DNA from: an uncultured delta proteobacterium | GTDB lineage: Bacteria; Myxococcota_A; Polyangia; Polyangiales; B10-G4 | Assembly (NCBI GenBank): GCA_963727445.1 | Contig: CAVSGI010000010.1 | Span: 832,001-896,000, forward strand | Direction: 5' to 3' | DNA length: 64,000 bases | Part shown: positions 42,909 through 54,587 of the stretch, in pieces | Position numbering within the stretch: position 1 is the stretch's first letter | Layout: each line of letters opens with the position of its first letter | Made by a program: the position numbers and the translations under genes | The notes under the pieces: model-generated | Told to the model about the DNA's origin: nothing | Database searches by the model: none | What the model saw: only the letters and a program-made list of their open reading frames with translations

Positions 42909-44708
42909 TCAACGCCCCACCGTGGGGTCGGGCACGGGGAGGTCGCTCGAGTCGAGGTTGGTGCCGTTGTCTCGAAAGTAGACACCGTCGGTGAGACGGT
43001 TCACGTCGTAGCCCGGCACCTGGATGTTCACCCCGACCGGGTTGGACTCGACGACGCCCTCGCTGAGGTCGACCTGACCGTCGGCGACGATCTGAACGCC
43101 GGCGAGGGCGCTCTGGCGGATGACGAAGTGATCGAGCGTGAGGCGCGCGGCGAGATAGGCGCCGACACCGACCCCCGCCGTGCCGCACGACTCGCAGGTG
43201 CGCTCCAGCGTATCCTCGACCGTGAGGTGCGAGAGCTGGACCATCGTGCCTTCGGTCGCCGACACCACCGAAGCCTCGTGACTTCCACGCGCCACCACCC
43301 GGATGCCCGTCACGGACGCGCCACTCTGTACCTGGAGCGCGCGACCGAAGGTCCCGTCGGGATCCGGCGCGGTGTCCGTGACGGTGACGTCCTGAAGGTC
43401 GAGCGCGGTGCCGGACACCGTGGCGAGGATCGACACGCCCGTGGATCGCGCCAGCCACACGCGCCTCAGCGTGCCAGTCGCGCCGTTACCCAGCTCGACG
43501 GCGTGGCCCGACGCGTCGCTCGTCGCACCGACTGTGTCTTCGATGACCACGTCGGTCATCGTCAGGGCGCCGCCCGCGTCGGCCACCGCCGCGGCGAGGG
43601 TCCGATACCGATCGACGTGAACCCGCGTCATCGAGAGGCTCCCGCCCTCGAAAGCGGCGATGGAGCCGACCAGGGTGTTCACGCCCAGGGGAGGCCCCCG
43701 CACCAGGCAGTCCGTGAGCGCGAGGGACGTCCCCGTCGCGATCAGCGTGCCTGGTCCGAGGAAGGCCATGCGCTCGAAACGGGTGCCCTCTCCCTCCGCC
43801 GCGAAGTAGTGTTGCCCATCCCCGTCGCGGACGACGAGCCCGTCGGTCATCGTCGCGCTGGCAAAGGACGTTCGAAGTGAGTCGTTCACCGCATCGAGGA
43901 CCACGAAGTGGTCGAGCTGGATGGAGGAGTCGTTCGACACACCGATCCCGGTATCGCCGGGGGATGCGATCTTGAGGCGCGAGGCCGTGAGGTCGCCCTG
44001 GAGCACGCTGAGCGCCGTGTTGTCGATGCCGTCGATCACGACACCCGACATGTCCACGGTGCTCTCGCGAACGGCCATCCCTTGTCGCGAGCCAGTGACC
44101 CTGATGTTGCGGAGGGTCACGTCCGCACGGACGATCTCGACCGTCGGCAGGATGTCGTCCGAGGAGAAGCGCACCCCCGTGCAGGCGCCCAGGATGGTCA
44201 CGGCCCCCTCGACCCGGATGGGTCCGTAGTCTCCGGGGGCGACGGCGATGGTGCCAGCATCGGGAACCACCGCGAGTGCGTCGCTCACCTCGGTGAAGGG
44301 AGCCATTCGGCTTCCGTCTCCGCCGGGCGGGGCCGCTGCATCGACGAAGACCACGTCGGTGCCCGGGAGATCGGGTGGAAAGCCAGCGGTGGGACAGGGA
44401 TCGCCCACCAGCGCACAGCCGTCCGTTCCGACGAAGTGGGCCTCCTCGGCGCCGCAGTCCTCCGGCCCGTCACCGGCATAAGGGGCGCAGGTGGAAGGAG
44501 AGCCATCGGTGCCGCTCACCTCCGTCCACCCCTCGGGGCATGGCGTGAGCATCGGGAGGGCGGCGGGGTCGACCGTGGGCAGGGGGATCGCGGTGTCGGC
44601 CGTCGCGTCGGCGGCGTCGGCGTCGGCATCGGGCCCGGAGTCGACGGGCGACGCGTCGTCTCCGCAAGCCCACAGAGAGAGCATGGCGAGAGCCACGACC
44701 AGCCTCAT
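42909..44708 (-). CDS. Beta-helix repeat lipoprotein (tandem paralog 3)
   Basis: Signal ending LWAC, TPCPEGW, GGDGSRMAPF, GTFGRALQVQ, RDNGTNLD. Confidence 0.8.
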   Translation of the reverse strand: MRLVVALAMLSLWACGDDASPVDSGPDADADAADATADTAIPLPTVDPAALPMLTPCPEGWTEVSGTDGSPSTCAPYAGDGPEDCGAEEAHFVGTDGCALVGDPCPTAGFPPDLPGTDVVFVDAAAPPGGDGSRMAPFTEVSDALAVVPDAGTIAVAPGDYGPIRVEGAVTILGACTGVRFSSDDILPTVEIVRADVTLRNIRVTGSRQGMAVRESTVDMSGVVIDGIDNTALSVLQGDLTASRLKIASPGDTGIGVSNDSSIQLDHFVVLDAVNDSLRTSFASATMTDGLVVRDGDGQHYFAAEGEGTRFERMAFLGPGTLIATGTSLALTDCLVRGPPLGVNTLVGSIAAFEGGSLSMTRVHVDRYRTLAAAVADAGGALTMTDVVIEDTVGATSDASGHAVELGNGATGTLRRVWLARSTGVSILATVSGTALDLQDVTVTDTAPDPDGTFGRALQVQSGASVTGIRVVARGSHEASVVSATEGTMVQLSHLTVEDTLERTCESCGTAGVGVGAYLAARLTLDHFVIRQSALAGVQIVADGQVDLSEGVVESNPVGVNIQVPGYDVNRLTDGVYFRDNGTNLDSSDLPVPDPTVGR

Positions 44709-46552
44709 GGCGTGCTCACCGAGGCGGTGGGGTCGGGCACCGGCAGCTCGGCCGCGTCCAGGTTCACGCCGTTGTCCCGGTAGACGACCTCGTCCGAGAG
44801 TCGGTCGAAGTCGTATCCGTCGACCTGAACGTTGACCCCGATGGGCCCGCTGCTCACCTCGCCGTGATGAAGGTCGATCTGGCCTCCCTCCGCGAGCTGA
44901 AGACCGGCGAGCGCGCTGCGGGTGATCCGAAAGTCTCGGACCGTCACCGCGGCGCCGAGATAGCTTCCGATGCCGATGCCTGCACTCGAGCAGGTCGCCG
45001 GCGCGCATGGGCGGTCTTGGGTGTCCTCCACCAAAAGCCCCCGCACGTCGAGCACCGTCGTCTCGGAAGCGCCGACCACCGCGGCTTCGTGGCTACCCGT
45101 CGCCGCGAAACGCTCGACCATCACGTGGGCCCCTTGCTGTACCTGGAGCGCACGACCGAAGGTGCCGACCTCGACGGGAAGCGTGCCGTCCACCCGAACG
45201 TCGACGAGCGTCATCGTCGTCCCGAGGTCATTGGCCAGGATGCCCACGCCGTTGGTCCGGACGAACTGGACGCGCTCGAGCGACGCGGTAGCGCCCGCGC
45301 CGCACTCCACCCCCTGCCCCCGTCCGATGGACGGCGAGGGCACGACGTCGCGGATCACCGCGTCCCGGAGCGTGGCGCTGCTGCCGCTGTCGGCGATGCC
45401 GAGGCCCTGGAAACCGGGCGCTTCGAGTCGCACGCGATCCGCGGTCAGGCTCCCCCCGTCACTCACGAAGAATCCGGTCCCCTCGGCGGACCCGGTCAAG
45501 TCGTAAGTGGCGACGACATCCTCGAGCGTCAGGGCCGACTCCGAGACCACGAAGGACTCCTCTCCCAGCGCCTCCAGCGATGCCCGCGACAGACGAATCG
45601 AAGCGCCGGACACGGCGACCAGTACCGAGCTCGCCTCCCCGCCGGCCGTCGCGATACGGCGCGCCACGAGATCCTCGATGTCGACGTTGCCGCCCGTGCC
45701 CAGGATCAACCCGCCCTGAGAGTCGGCGACCATCGTGCGGCGCACCGTGATCTCGGAGGAGGCAGAGGCATCGAAGACGACGTCCCGCACGCCGCGTACG
45801 ACTGCGTCCGTGATGGTCAGTGAAGCGTCCGTTCCGTAGGCGACGAAGGCGGTGGTGGCCTGGTCGATCACCAGCGACTCGCCCACGACGGTCGATCCGT
45901 CGAAGCCCCAGACCGCCTGCGCGGTGTTCGTGATCGTCAGGTTGCGAATCGTCGCCGCTGCGCGAATGACCGTCACACCGATGCCGCCCATCGCATCGAG
46001 AACGACGTCGGTGCAGGCGCCCCACAGGGTCACGTCGCGCTCGATGCGCAGGGCGCCCGAATAGGCACCTGACGCGATGGCGACGATCCCGCCGTCGGGT
46101 GCCGCCGCGACTCCGTCCTGGATCGTGGCGAAGGGCGCTGCCGCACTGCCGTCACCACCCATCGCGCCCGCTTCGACGTAGACGACCGGCATCCCGACCG
46201 GCAAATCGGTGGGGAAGCCGCCCGCGGGACACGCAGGGCCCACGCGCCGGCAGGCGTCATCCCCGGGGAGCTGCACCATGCCGTCGGCACAGACGGCGGG
46301 GCCCGAAGCAGGCCACGGCTCACACACCGTGAGCCCGTCCGCGTCGCTCGCGAGGACCCATCCTTCGGGACAGGGCGTGAACACGGGCGGCGCGGGCGAC
46401 GGCGGCTCGAAGCCCACCGCGGTGTCGGCCGCGTCGGCGGCGTCGGGCGTGATCGCGTCGACGGTGGCGTCGGGCGGAGGGTCGGAAGCCGGATCGCACG
46501 CGGCCGTCAGCAACAGCAGAGCCAGGCGGCCACGGTACGGCGACTGGCTCAC
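44705..46552 (-). CDS. Beta-helix repeat lipoprotein (tandem paralog 2)
   Basis: Signal ending LTAAC, TPCPEGW, GGDGSAAAPF, GTFGRALQVQ, RDNGVNLD. Confidence 0.8.
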   Translation of the reverse strand: MSQSPYRGRLALLLLTAACDPASDPPPDATVDAITPDAADAADTAVGFEPPSPAPPVFTPCPEGWVLASDADGLTVCEPWPASGPAVCADGMVQLPGDDACRRVGPACPAGGFPTDLPVGMPVVYVEAGAMGGDGSAAAPFATIQDGVAAAPDGGIVAIASGAYSGALRIERDVTLWGACTDVVLDAMGGIGVTVIRAAATIRNLTITNTAQAVWGFDGSTVVGESLVIDQATTAFVAYGTDASLTITDAVVRGVRDVVFDASASSEITVRRTMVADSQGGLILGTGGNVDIEDLVARRIATAGGEASSVLVAVSGASIRLSRASLEALGEESFVVSESALTLEDVVATYDLTGSAEGTGFFVSDGGSLTADRVRLEAPGFQGLGIADSGSSATLRDAVIRDVVPSPSIGRGQGVECGAGATASLERVQFVRTNGVGILANDLGTTMTLVDVRVDGTLPVEVGTFGRALQVQQGAHVMVERFAATGSHEAAVVGASETTVLDVRGLLVEDTQDRPCAPATCSSAGIGIGSYLGAAVTVRDFRITRSALAGLQLAEGGQIDLHHGEVSSGPIGVNVQVDGYDFDRLSDEVVYRDNGVNLDAAELPVPDPTASVSTP

Positions 46553-48417
46553 GGGCGCGTCACCTCGGGGTCGGGCAGGGGCAGCTCCTCGGCGTCGAGG
46601 TTCACGCCATTGTCCCGGTAGACCACCCTCGACATCAGACGACCGAGATCATACCCGGGCACCTGCACGTTGGCGCCGACCGGATTCGACTCGACCGTTC
46701 CTTCGCTGAGATCGAGCTCCCCGCCGGATGCGAGCTGAATACCGGCGAGGAAGCTCTCGGCGATTCGGAAGCGGGTGAGGGTCGCGCCCCCTCCCTCGTA
46801 GAGGCCGATGCCCACGCCGCCGGTCGCGCACGCGCCGCCTTCGGCAGAGCACCGGCGTTGATCGGTGCCGGTGATGGACAGGCTCTCGGCATCGAGGCTC
46901 GCACCGGCAGTGGACACCACGATCCCGGCCTCGAGATTGTCGCGGAGGTCGCCGCGCCTCAGGGTCATGGTGGCCTGGTTCTGGACCTGCAACGCGCGTC
47001 CGAAGGTCCCCACGGTGTTGGGAGCTGTCTCGACGATGGTCAGATCGCTCGCGTCGATGGACGTGTCGGCGCCGTCGGCGAGGATCCCCAGGACCGTCGC
47101 GCGCGCGATGTAGACGCGCTCCAGCGTCGCAGTGGTGCCCGCTGCCACCTCGATGCCGTGCCCGGGGTCGGCGCCATCGGGGAGGCTGTCCACCACGATC
47201 AGGTCGCGTGCGGTGAGGCGAGTCTCGACCGCCGCCACCACCGCTCCCCCGCGAAGCTCCGCGGCGTAGACGCGCTCGAGGGTCAGGGCGCCGGCCGGAC
47301 CGATCGAGCCGAGGCCGCTGAGCGGGGCCGGCTGATCACGAGGGGGACCGCTGATGTGTGCGTCCAGGAGGGAGCAGTCGGACCCGTCGGCGCAGAGGAG
47401 AGGCTCGCCGAACCCCTCAGCGATTGTCGCCCGCTCGAGACGGATCACGGTGTCGCCGTTGCCGAAGATTCCGATGCCGGTGGCCGTCGGCAGGCCGTAG
47501 CGCAGCAGCGCGAAGTCGTGCGCCTCGACCGTCGACGAGGTGATGTTCAGCCCGGTCTGGGTCGCACCGACGATCGTCGTGCGGCGCGCCGTGAGCGACG
47601 AGCTCGTGAGTGCGAAGCCGTCGTCGACCGGGCCCCGAATCACTACGGAGTCGGCGGTGACCGTCGAGCCGGTGAGAATGGACAGGGACGCGAGTTGGTG
47701 CATCGCGCCCGAGGCGAGATTCACGGATGTGAGTGAGACCGTCGCCTCGGAGATGCTCAGGCCCTGGGTGCCGCCTACGATCCGCATCGCGGTGAGGGAA
47801 GAGGTGGTGCGCCGGAGCGTCATCGCCGGCTCTCGTTCGTCGGTTTGGACGATCGATTCGGTGCAGGCCCCGACGAAGGCCAGATCCTTGCCGTCGACGG
47901 TGACGCCACCGGCATGCGTACCGGCGGCGAGCGCGATGGTCGCAGTCGAGGGCGCCGCTTCGATCGCGTCGGCGAGCGAGGTGAAGGGTGAGGCCCGGGA
48001 CCCATCGCCTCCCGGGGTGGCGCCCGGCCGAACGTAGAGGACCGCGGAGGTGGTCGGGAGGTCGACTGGCCAACCATCCGCAGGACAGGGTGGGCCGATC
48101 TCCGCGCAACCCTCCTCGCCTACGAAGACGGCCTGCCCGGGTGGGCAATCGCCGGGGGGCGGCGCGGGGAATGGATCGCAGTACGTTGGCGATGCCTCGG
48201 TCGCCTCGACCTCCGCCCATCCCTCTGGACAGGGGGTGAGCATCGGTGGCGCCGCCGGCTCGGGGGCCTGCACCAGCGGCCCGGTGTCCATCGGCGCATC
48301 GACGGCCGCATCGACCGAACCCGTATCGGTGGGCTCCCCGTCGTCACCGCATCCGACCCAGAGGACGACGAGCACCCGAGCCAGGTGCCGCGGCCCCGTG
48401 CCCACCCGCACCCGCAT
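46549..48417 (-). CDS. Beta-helix repeat lipoprotein (tandem paralog 1)
   Basis: Signal ending WVGC, TPCPEGW, GGDGSRASPF, GTFGRALQVQ, RDNGVNLD. Confidence 0.8.
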   Translation of the reverse strand: MRVRVGTGPRHLARVLVVLWVGCGDDGEPTDTGSVDAAVDAPMDTGPLVQAPEPAAPPMLTPCPEGWAEVEATEASPTYCDPFPAPPPGDCPPGQAVFVGEEGCAEIGPPCPADGWPVDLPTTSAVLYVRPGATPGGDGSRASPFTSLADAIEAAPSTATIALAAGTHAGGVTVDGKDLAFVGACTESIVQTDEREPAMTLRRTTSSLTAMRIVGGTQGLSISEATVSLTSVNLASGAMHQLASLSILTGSTVTADSVVIRGPVDDGFALTSSSLTARRTTIVGATQTGLNITSSTVEAHDFALLRYGLPTATGIGIFGNGDTVIRLERATIAEGFGEPLLCADGSDCSLLDAHISGPPRDQPAPLSGLGSIGPAGALTLERVYAAELRGGAVVAAVETRLTARDLIVVDSLPDGADPGHGIEVAAGTTATLERVYIARATVLGILADGADTSIDASDLTIVETAPNTVGTFGRALQVQNQATMTLRRGDLRDNLEAGIVVSTAGASLDAESLSITGTDQRRCSAEGGACATGGVGIGLYEGGGATLTRFRIAESFLAGIQLASGGELDLSEGTVESNPVGANVQVPGYDLGRLMSRVVYRDNGVNLDAEELPLPDPEVTRP

Positions 48418-48456
48418 CGAAACAGCATACAGGGTCGCGCGCACGCCGCGAAGGCG

Positions 48457-50439
<1,983 letters not shown>

Positions 50440-50440
50440 C

Positions 50441-52069
50441 TCAATGCCTGAAGACGCCCCACTCGGTGGTCCCGCGGACCTTCCGGTTGTAGGCGGCCGA
50501 AAGAGAGAGCGCGACCACGGTGCGCGTGTCCCGTGGATCGATGATGCCGTCGTCCCAGACCCTTGCGGTCGCGAAGAGCGCCTGGGACTCGGCGTCGATC
50601 TGCCCTTCGATCATCTGCTTCATGACCGCGAGCTTCTGCTCGTCGACCTCGCGTCCTTTGTTCGCCGCGGACTGTCGCTGAATGATGTCGAGCACGCCGG
50701 CGAGCTGCTTGCCGCCCATCACCGCGATGCGGTGGTTCGGCCAGGTGAAGAGGAAGCGCGGCTCGTAGGCACGCCCGCTCATCGCGTAGTTGCCCGCGCC
50801 GTAGCTCGCGCCGGTCATGATGGTGATCGCCGGGACGGTGCTGTTGGAGACGGCGTTGATCATCTTGGCGCCGGCGCGAATGATCCCCTCCTGCTCGTAC
50901 TTCTTGCCGACCATGAAGCCGGTGATGTTCTGCAGGTAGAGGAGCGGACAATCGACCTGATTGCAGAGCTGGATGAACTGCGCGCCCTTCTCGGCGGAGT
51001 CGCTGAAGAGGATGCCGTTGTTGGCGAGGATTCCGACGGGGAAGCCGTGGATGTGGGCCCATCCGCAGACCAGGGTCTTGCCGTAGCCCGCCTTGAACTC
51101 GCTGAAGCGCGACCCGTCGACGATGCGCGCGATCACCTCGCGGCTGTCGTAGGGAACGCGAATGTCGTTCTCGGCGATGCCGAGCAGCTCTTCGGCGTCG
51201 TAGAGCGGCTCCTCCACCGGTCGCGGCGTGGGGGCGCTGGGCTTTCGCCAGTCGAAGTGCGCCACGATCTCGCGGGCGATGCGGATCGAGTCGACCTCGT
51301 CCTGGGCGAGGTAGTCGGAGACGCCGCTCACCGTCGAGTGCATCTCGGCGCCGCCGAGCTCCTCGTGGCTGGACTCCTCGCCAGTCGCCATCTTCACCAG
51401 CGGTGGGCCCGCGAGATAGACCTGCGCCTGCTCCTTCACCATGACCACGTAGTCGCTCATCCCCGGCAGGTAGGCGCCGCCAGCGGTGGAGGAGCCGAAG
51501 ACCACGCAGATCGTCGGTAAGCGCGCCTTGCTCCGGCGGGTCAGGTCGCGAAAGCCCTGGCCGCCCGGAACGAAGATCTTCGATTGGTTCGGCAGGTCCG
51601 CGCCCGCCGATTCGATGAGGCTGATCGCGGGCAGGTGGTTCTGCTCGGCGACCTCCGCGAGGCGCCCGCTCTTCACCAGGGAGATGGGCGTCACAGCGCC
51701 GCCCTTCACCGTCGCTTCGGAGGCGCTGATCAGGCACTCGACGCCGGAGACCAGGCCGACGCCGCCGATCACCGACGCGCCGCTCACCTCGCCGGGCATG
51801 AGGTGACCGGCGAGAGAGCCGATCTCCAGGAACCACGAGTCGCGATCGAGGAGAAGCTCGATGCGCTCGCGGGGGAGCAGCTTGCCCCGCTCCTTGTGAC
51901 GCTTGGTGTACTTCTCCCCACCGCCCTCGCGCGCCTTGGCGAGCGCAGCGGCGAGCACCTCGAGGTCAGCGAGGTTCTTGTCGCGATTGGCCCGATACTC
52001 CTCGGCGCGCGGGTCCACCTTGGTGCGGAGGACGGCGAAAGGCTGCTCCCAGGAGATCGGGCGAACCAT
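50441..52069 (-). CDS. Acyl-CoA carboxylase carboxyltransferase beta subunit (MCC/AtuC type)
   Basis: [57 protein letters not shown]. Confidence 0.95.
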   Translation of the reverse strand: MVRPISWEQPFAVLRTKVDPRAEEYRANRDKNLADLEVLAAALAKAREGGGEKYTKRHKERGKLLPRERIELLLDRDSWFLEIGSLAGHLMPGEVSGASVIGGVGLVSGVECLISASEATVKGGAVTPISLVKSGRLAEVAEQNHLPAISLIESAGADLPNQSKIFVPGGQGFRDLTRRSKARLPTICVVFGSSTAGGAYLPGMSDYVVMVKEQAQVYLAGPPLVKMATGEESSHEELGGAEMHSTVSGVSDYLAQDEVDSIRIAREIVAHFDWRKPSAPTPRPVEEPLYDAEELLGIAENDIRVPYDSREVIARIVDGSRFSEFKAGYGKTLVCGWAHIHGFPVGILANNGILFSDSAEKGAQFIQLCNQVDCPLLYLQNITGFMVGKKYEQEGIIRAGAKMINAVSNSTVPAITIMTGASYGAGNYAMSGRAYEPRFLFTWPNHRIAVMGGKQLAGVLDIIQRQSAANKGREVDEQKLAVMKQMIEGQIDAESQALFATARVWDDGIIDPRDTRTVVALSLSAAYNRKVRGTTEWGVFRH

Positions 52070-52125
52070 CGGGCGGCATCCTAGAGGCGCCTACCCGATG
52101 CGTCTACGCCAAATTGAATGGCGAT

Positions 52126-53049
52126 TCAGATCAGCTCGACGGGCGCGCAGGTCGACACGCCCGCACCGACGACGCGAAGGCCGGTGTTGGCGATGACCTG
52201 CGTCACGGTGCCGTCCGGGTCGACGCGCCACACGTTCGTCGAGGGATCGAGGAGCGCCTGATAGAAGACGTAGAAGCGGCCGCCCCAGAACGCGAAGGCC
52301 CACGCGCTCGGCGGAGTGGAGCCGAGCTCGGCGAGCTGGTGGCTGGTGATGGTGACCCCGCTCGACTTGTCGAGCTGGCGGACAGAGGGCGGCATGGTGT
52401 CGGGGAAGAAGCCCCAGAGCTCGCCGCTGCCCGTGCCGGTGAGCTCGGGCCAGCCGGGGAGCGTGCCGCGTGTGCCCAGAGCCAGGGTGCTCTTGTCGAT
52501 GAAGGCGAGGGTCGATGTGCCGCTGGCGATGCTGCTCTCGCGGCCCCCTGCGACGAAGAGTGTCTCCGCCGAGCTTCCCTCGGCGTCGGCGACGAAGCCC
52601 ATGCCGAAGAGCTCGAGGCCGTCCTGATCCGGCGTGTAGCTGCTGGCGGTGCAGCTCGCGTCGGTGGTCGACACGAAATAGAGGTTGTGATCCTGATGAA
52701 GGACCCACGCCTGCCCGTTGCGATCGACCGACATGGAGAAGGGCGTCGCGCCGCCTGAGGGGCAGTCCAGCGTGCCGATCGGAGTGATGCTCAGGTCGTC
52801 GGGTTGAAAGCGCAGGAGCGTGCGGTCGGAGTCGACGAGGTAGACCCATCGCGCCGAGGCGGCACAGTCGCCACCGCCGCCGCCCCCATCTCCCAGCATC
52901 GCGCCATCACGGGGCATGGCGGTGCTGTCGCGATCGAATGCGCTGTCACCGACGGCACCGTCGCCGACGATGCGGCGCCCATCATCACCACAAGCGGCGA
53001 GCGTGGTGGCGAGGAGGAGCGCGAGGACGAAGGTTCGAAGCGAGGCCAT
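52126..53049 (-). CDS. Myxobacterial-type lipoprotein (beta-propeller-like)
   Basis: Signal ending LAAC; PFSMSVDR, FGMGF, WAFAFWGG, VGAGVSTCAP. Confidence 0.75.
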   Translation of the reverse strand: MASLRTFVLALLLATTLAACGDDGRRIVGDGAVGDSAFDRDSTAMPRDGAMLGDGGGGGGDCAASARWVYLVDSDRTLLRFQPDDLSITPIGTLDCPSGGATPFSMSVDRNGQAWVLHQDHNLYFVSTTDASCTASSYTPDQDGLELFGMGFVADAEGSSAETLFVAGGRESSIASGTSTLAFIDKSTLALGTRGTLPGWPELTGTGSGELWGFFPDTMPPSVRQLDKSSGVTITSHQLAELGSTPPSAWAFAFWGGRFYVFYQALLDPSTNVWRVDPDGTVTQVIANTGLRVVGAGVSTCAPVELI

Positions 53050-53076
53050 GAGAGCAGTGTGACACACGGCCGGCGT

Positions 53077-54570
53077 CTACTCGAACGCGTTGACCGGCGG
53101 ACGCTTGTCCGCCCAGGGGTGCGCTTCTTCGAGCTGCGCGGCGAGGCTGAAGAGCATGGCGTCCTCGGCGAAGCGACCGGTGAGCATGGTCCCGATGGGC
53201 AGCCCCTCCTCGTTCCAGTAGAGGGGGACGTTCATCGAAGGTTGGCCGGTCACGTTCGCGTAGGGCGTGAAGGGGATGAAGTCGTAGACGTCCTCGGCGA
53301 GCTTTTCGACCAGGCCGGGAAGACGGAGCACGGGGCGCAGATTGCCGGCGACCACCGCACTCTGGAGGTGCTTCTCGAAGCCGTGGGGCTTCAGGCTCCC
53401 GACCCGGGGCGGCGGCTGGCCGCAGGTCGGCGTGAGGAGCACGTCGTACTCCTCGAAGAAAGGCGCGGTCTCACGCGCCATGGTCTTGAGGCTCTCGAGC
53501 GCGATCGCGAACGCTCCCGCGCTGGTCTCGCGGCCCATCATCGCCACCAGCCAGGTCGTGGTCTCGACGTCGTGCCGCGTCGCCTCGCGGCCCACCTTCG
53601 CCTTTCCGAGCACCATGTCCGCCGCGACCGCACCGGCGATGACGGTGAGGAAGTTCTGCGCGAAGAAGTGCGCGTCCACCGCGGGACGCGCCTCCTCGAC
53701 TTCGTGCCCCAGGTCGGCGAGCACCTTCGCCATTTCGTCCACCGCGCGAACGCAGTCGCGATGCACGTTGGAGGGAAGCAACGGGTCGGTGGTAAACGCG
53801 ACCTTGAGCTTCCCCGGCGGGCGCTGGGTCGCCGACAAGAACGACTCCGTCACGGGAGGCGGCGCGTACCAATTGCCGACCTCGGGACCGGTGACCGCGT
53901 CGAGCATCGCCGCGCTGTCGCGCACCGAGCGGGTCAGGACGTGCTGGATGGCGAAGCCGAACCAGTTGTCGGAGGAGTCGGGGCCCGCCGGCACGCGGGC
54001 ACGGGTCGGCTTGATCCCGAAGATGCCGCAGCACGCGGAGGGGATGCGGATGGATCCGCCTCCGTCGCCGCCGTGGGCGGCGGGCACGATCCCCGCGGCG
54101 ACCGCCGCACCCGCGCCCCCGCTCGAACCGCCCGAGTTGTGGCCGATCTTCCACGGCGTATGCGTCGGCCCGTGGAGCTCCGGCTCGGTGAAGGGCACCA
54201 GACCCAGCTCGGGGGTGTTGGTCTTACCGATGGTGATGAGACCCGCGCGCTTGTAGCGCTTCACCAGCTCGGAGTCGTGATCGGGCACGTAGGACTGGAA
54301 GTAGCGGCTGCCGCCGGTGAGCTTCACGCCTTCGTAGGCCGCGAGCAGATCCTTGAGGAGGAAGGGCACGCCCCGGAACGGACCGTCGGGGATGTCTCGC
54401 TTGGCCGCCTCGCGCGCGAGCTCGTACATGGGAATGACGACCGAGTTGAGACGGCCGTTGACCTTCTCGATGCGCGCGATGGCGTCGTCGACGAGCTCGA
54501 GGGGAGTGACCTCGCCCTTGTGGACGAGCTCGGCGAGGCCGAGAGCGTCGTACTCAGCGGTGGAAGACAT
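53077..54570 (-). CDS. Amidase-signature family amidase
   Basis: GVPFLLKDL, GKTNTPE, GGSSGG, GDGGGSIRIP. Confidence 0.93.
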   Translation of the reverse strand: MSSTAEYDALGLAELVHKGEVTPLELVDDAIARIEKVNGRLNSVVIPMYELAREAAKRDIPDGPFRGVPFLLKDLLAAYEGVKLTGGSRYFQSYVPDHDSELVKRYKRAGLITIGKTNTPELGLVPFTEPELHGPTHTPWKIGHNSGGSSGGAGAAVAAGIVPAAHGGDGGGSIRIPSACCGIFGIKPTRARVPAGPDSSDNWFGFAIQHVLTRSVRDSAAMLDAVTGPEVGNWYAPPPVTESFLSATQRPPGKLKVAFTTDPLLPSNVHRDCVRAVDEMAKVLADLGHEVEEARPAVDAHFFAQNFLTVIAGAVAADMVLGKAKVGREATRHDVETTTWLVAMMGRETSAGAFAIALESLKTMARETAPFFEEYDVLLTPTCGQPPPRVGSLKPHGFEKHLQSAVVAGNLRPVLRLPGLVEKLAEDVYDFIPFTPYANVTGQPSMNVPLYWNEEGLPIGTMLTGRFAEDAMLFSLAAQLEEAHPWADKRPPVNAFE

Positions 54571-54587
54571 GGCCCTGTGTACCGGAC

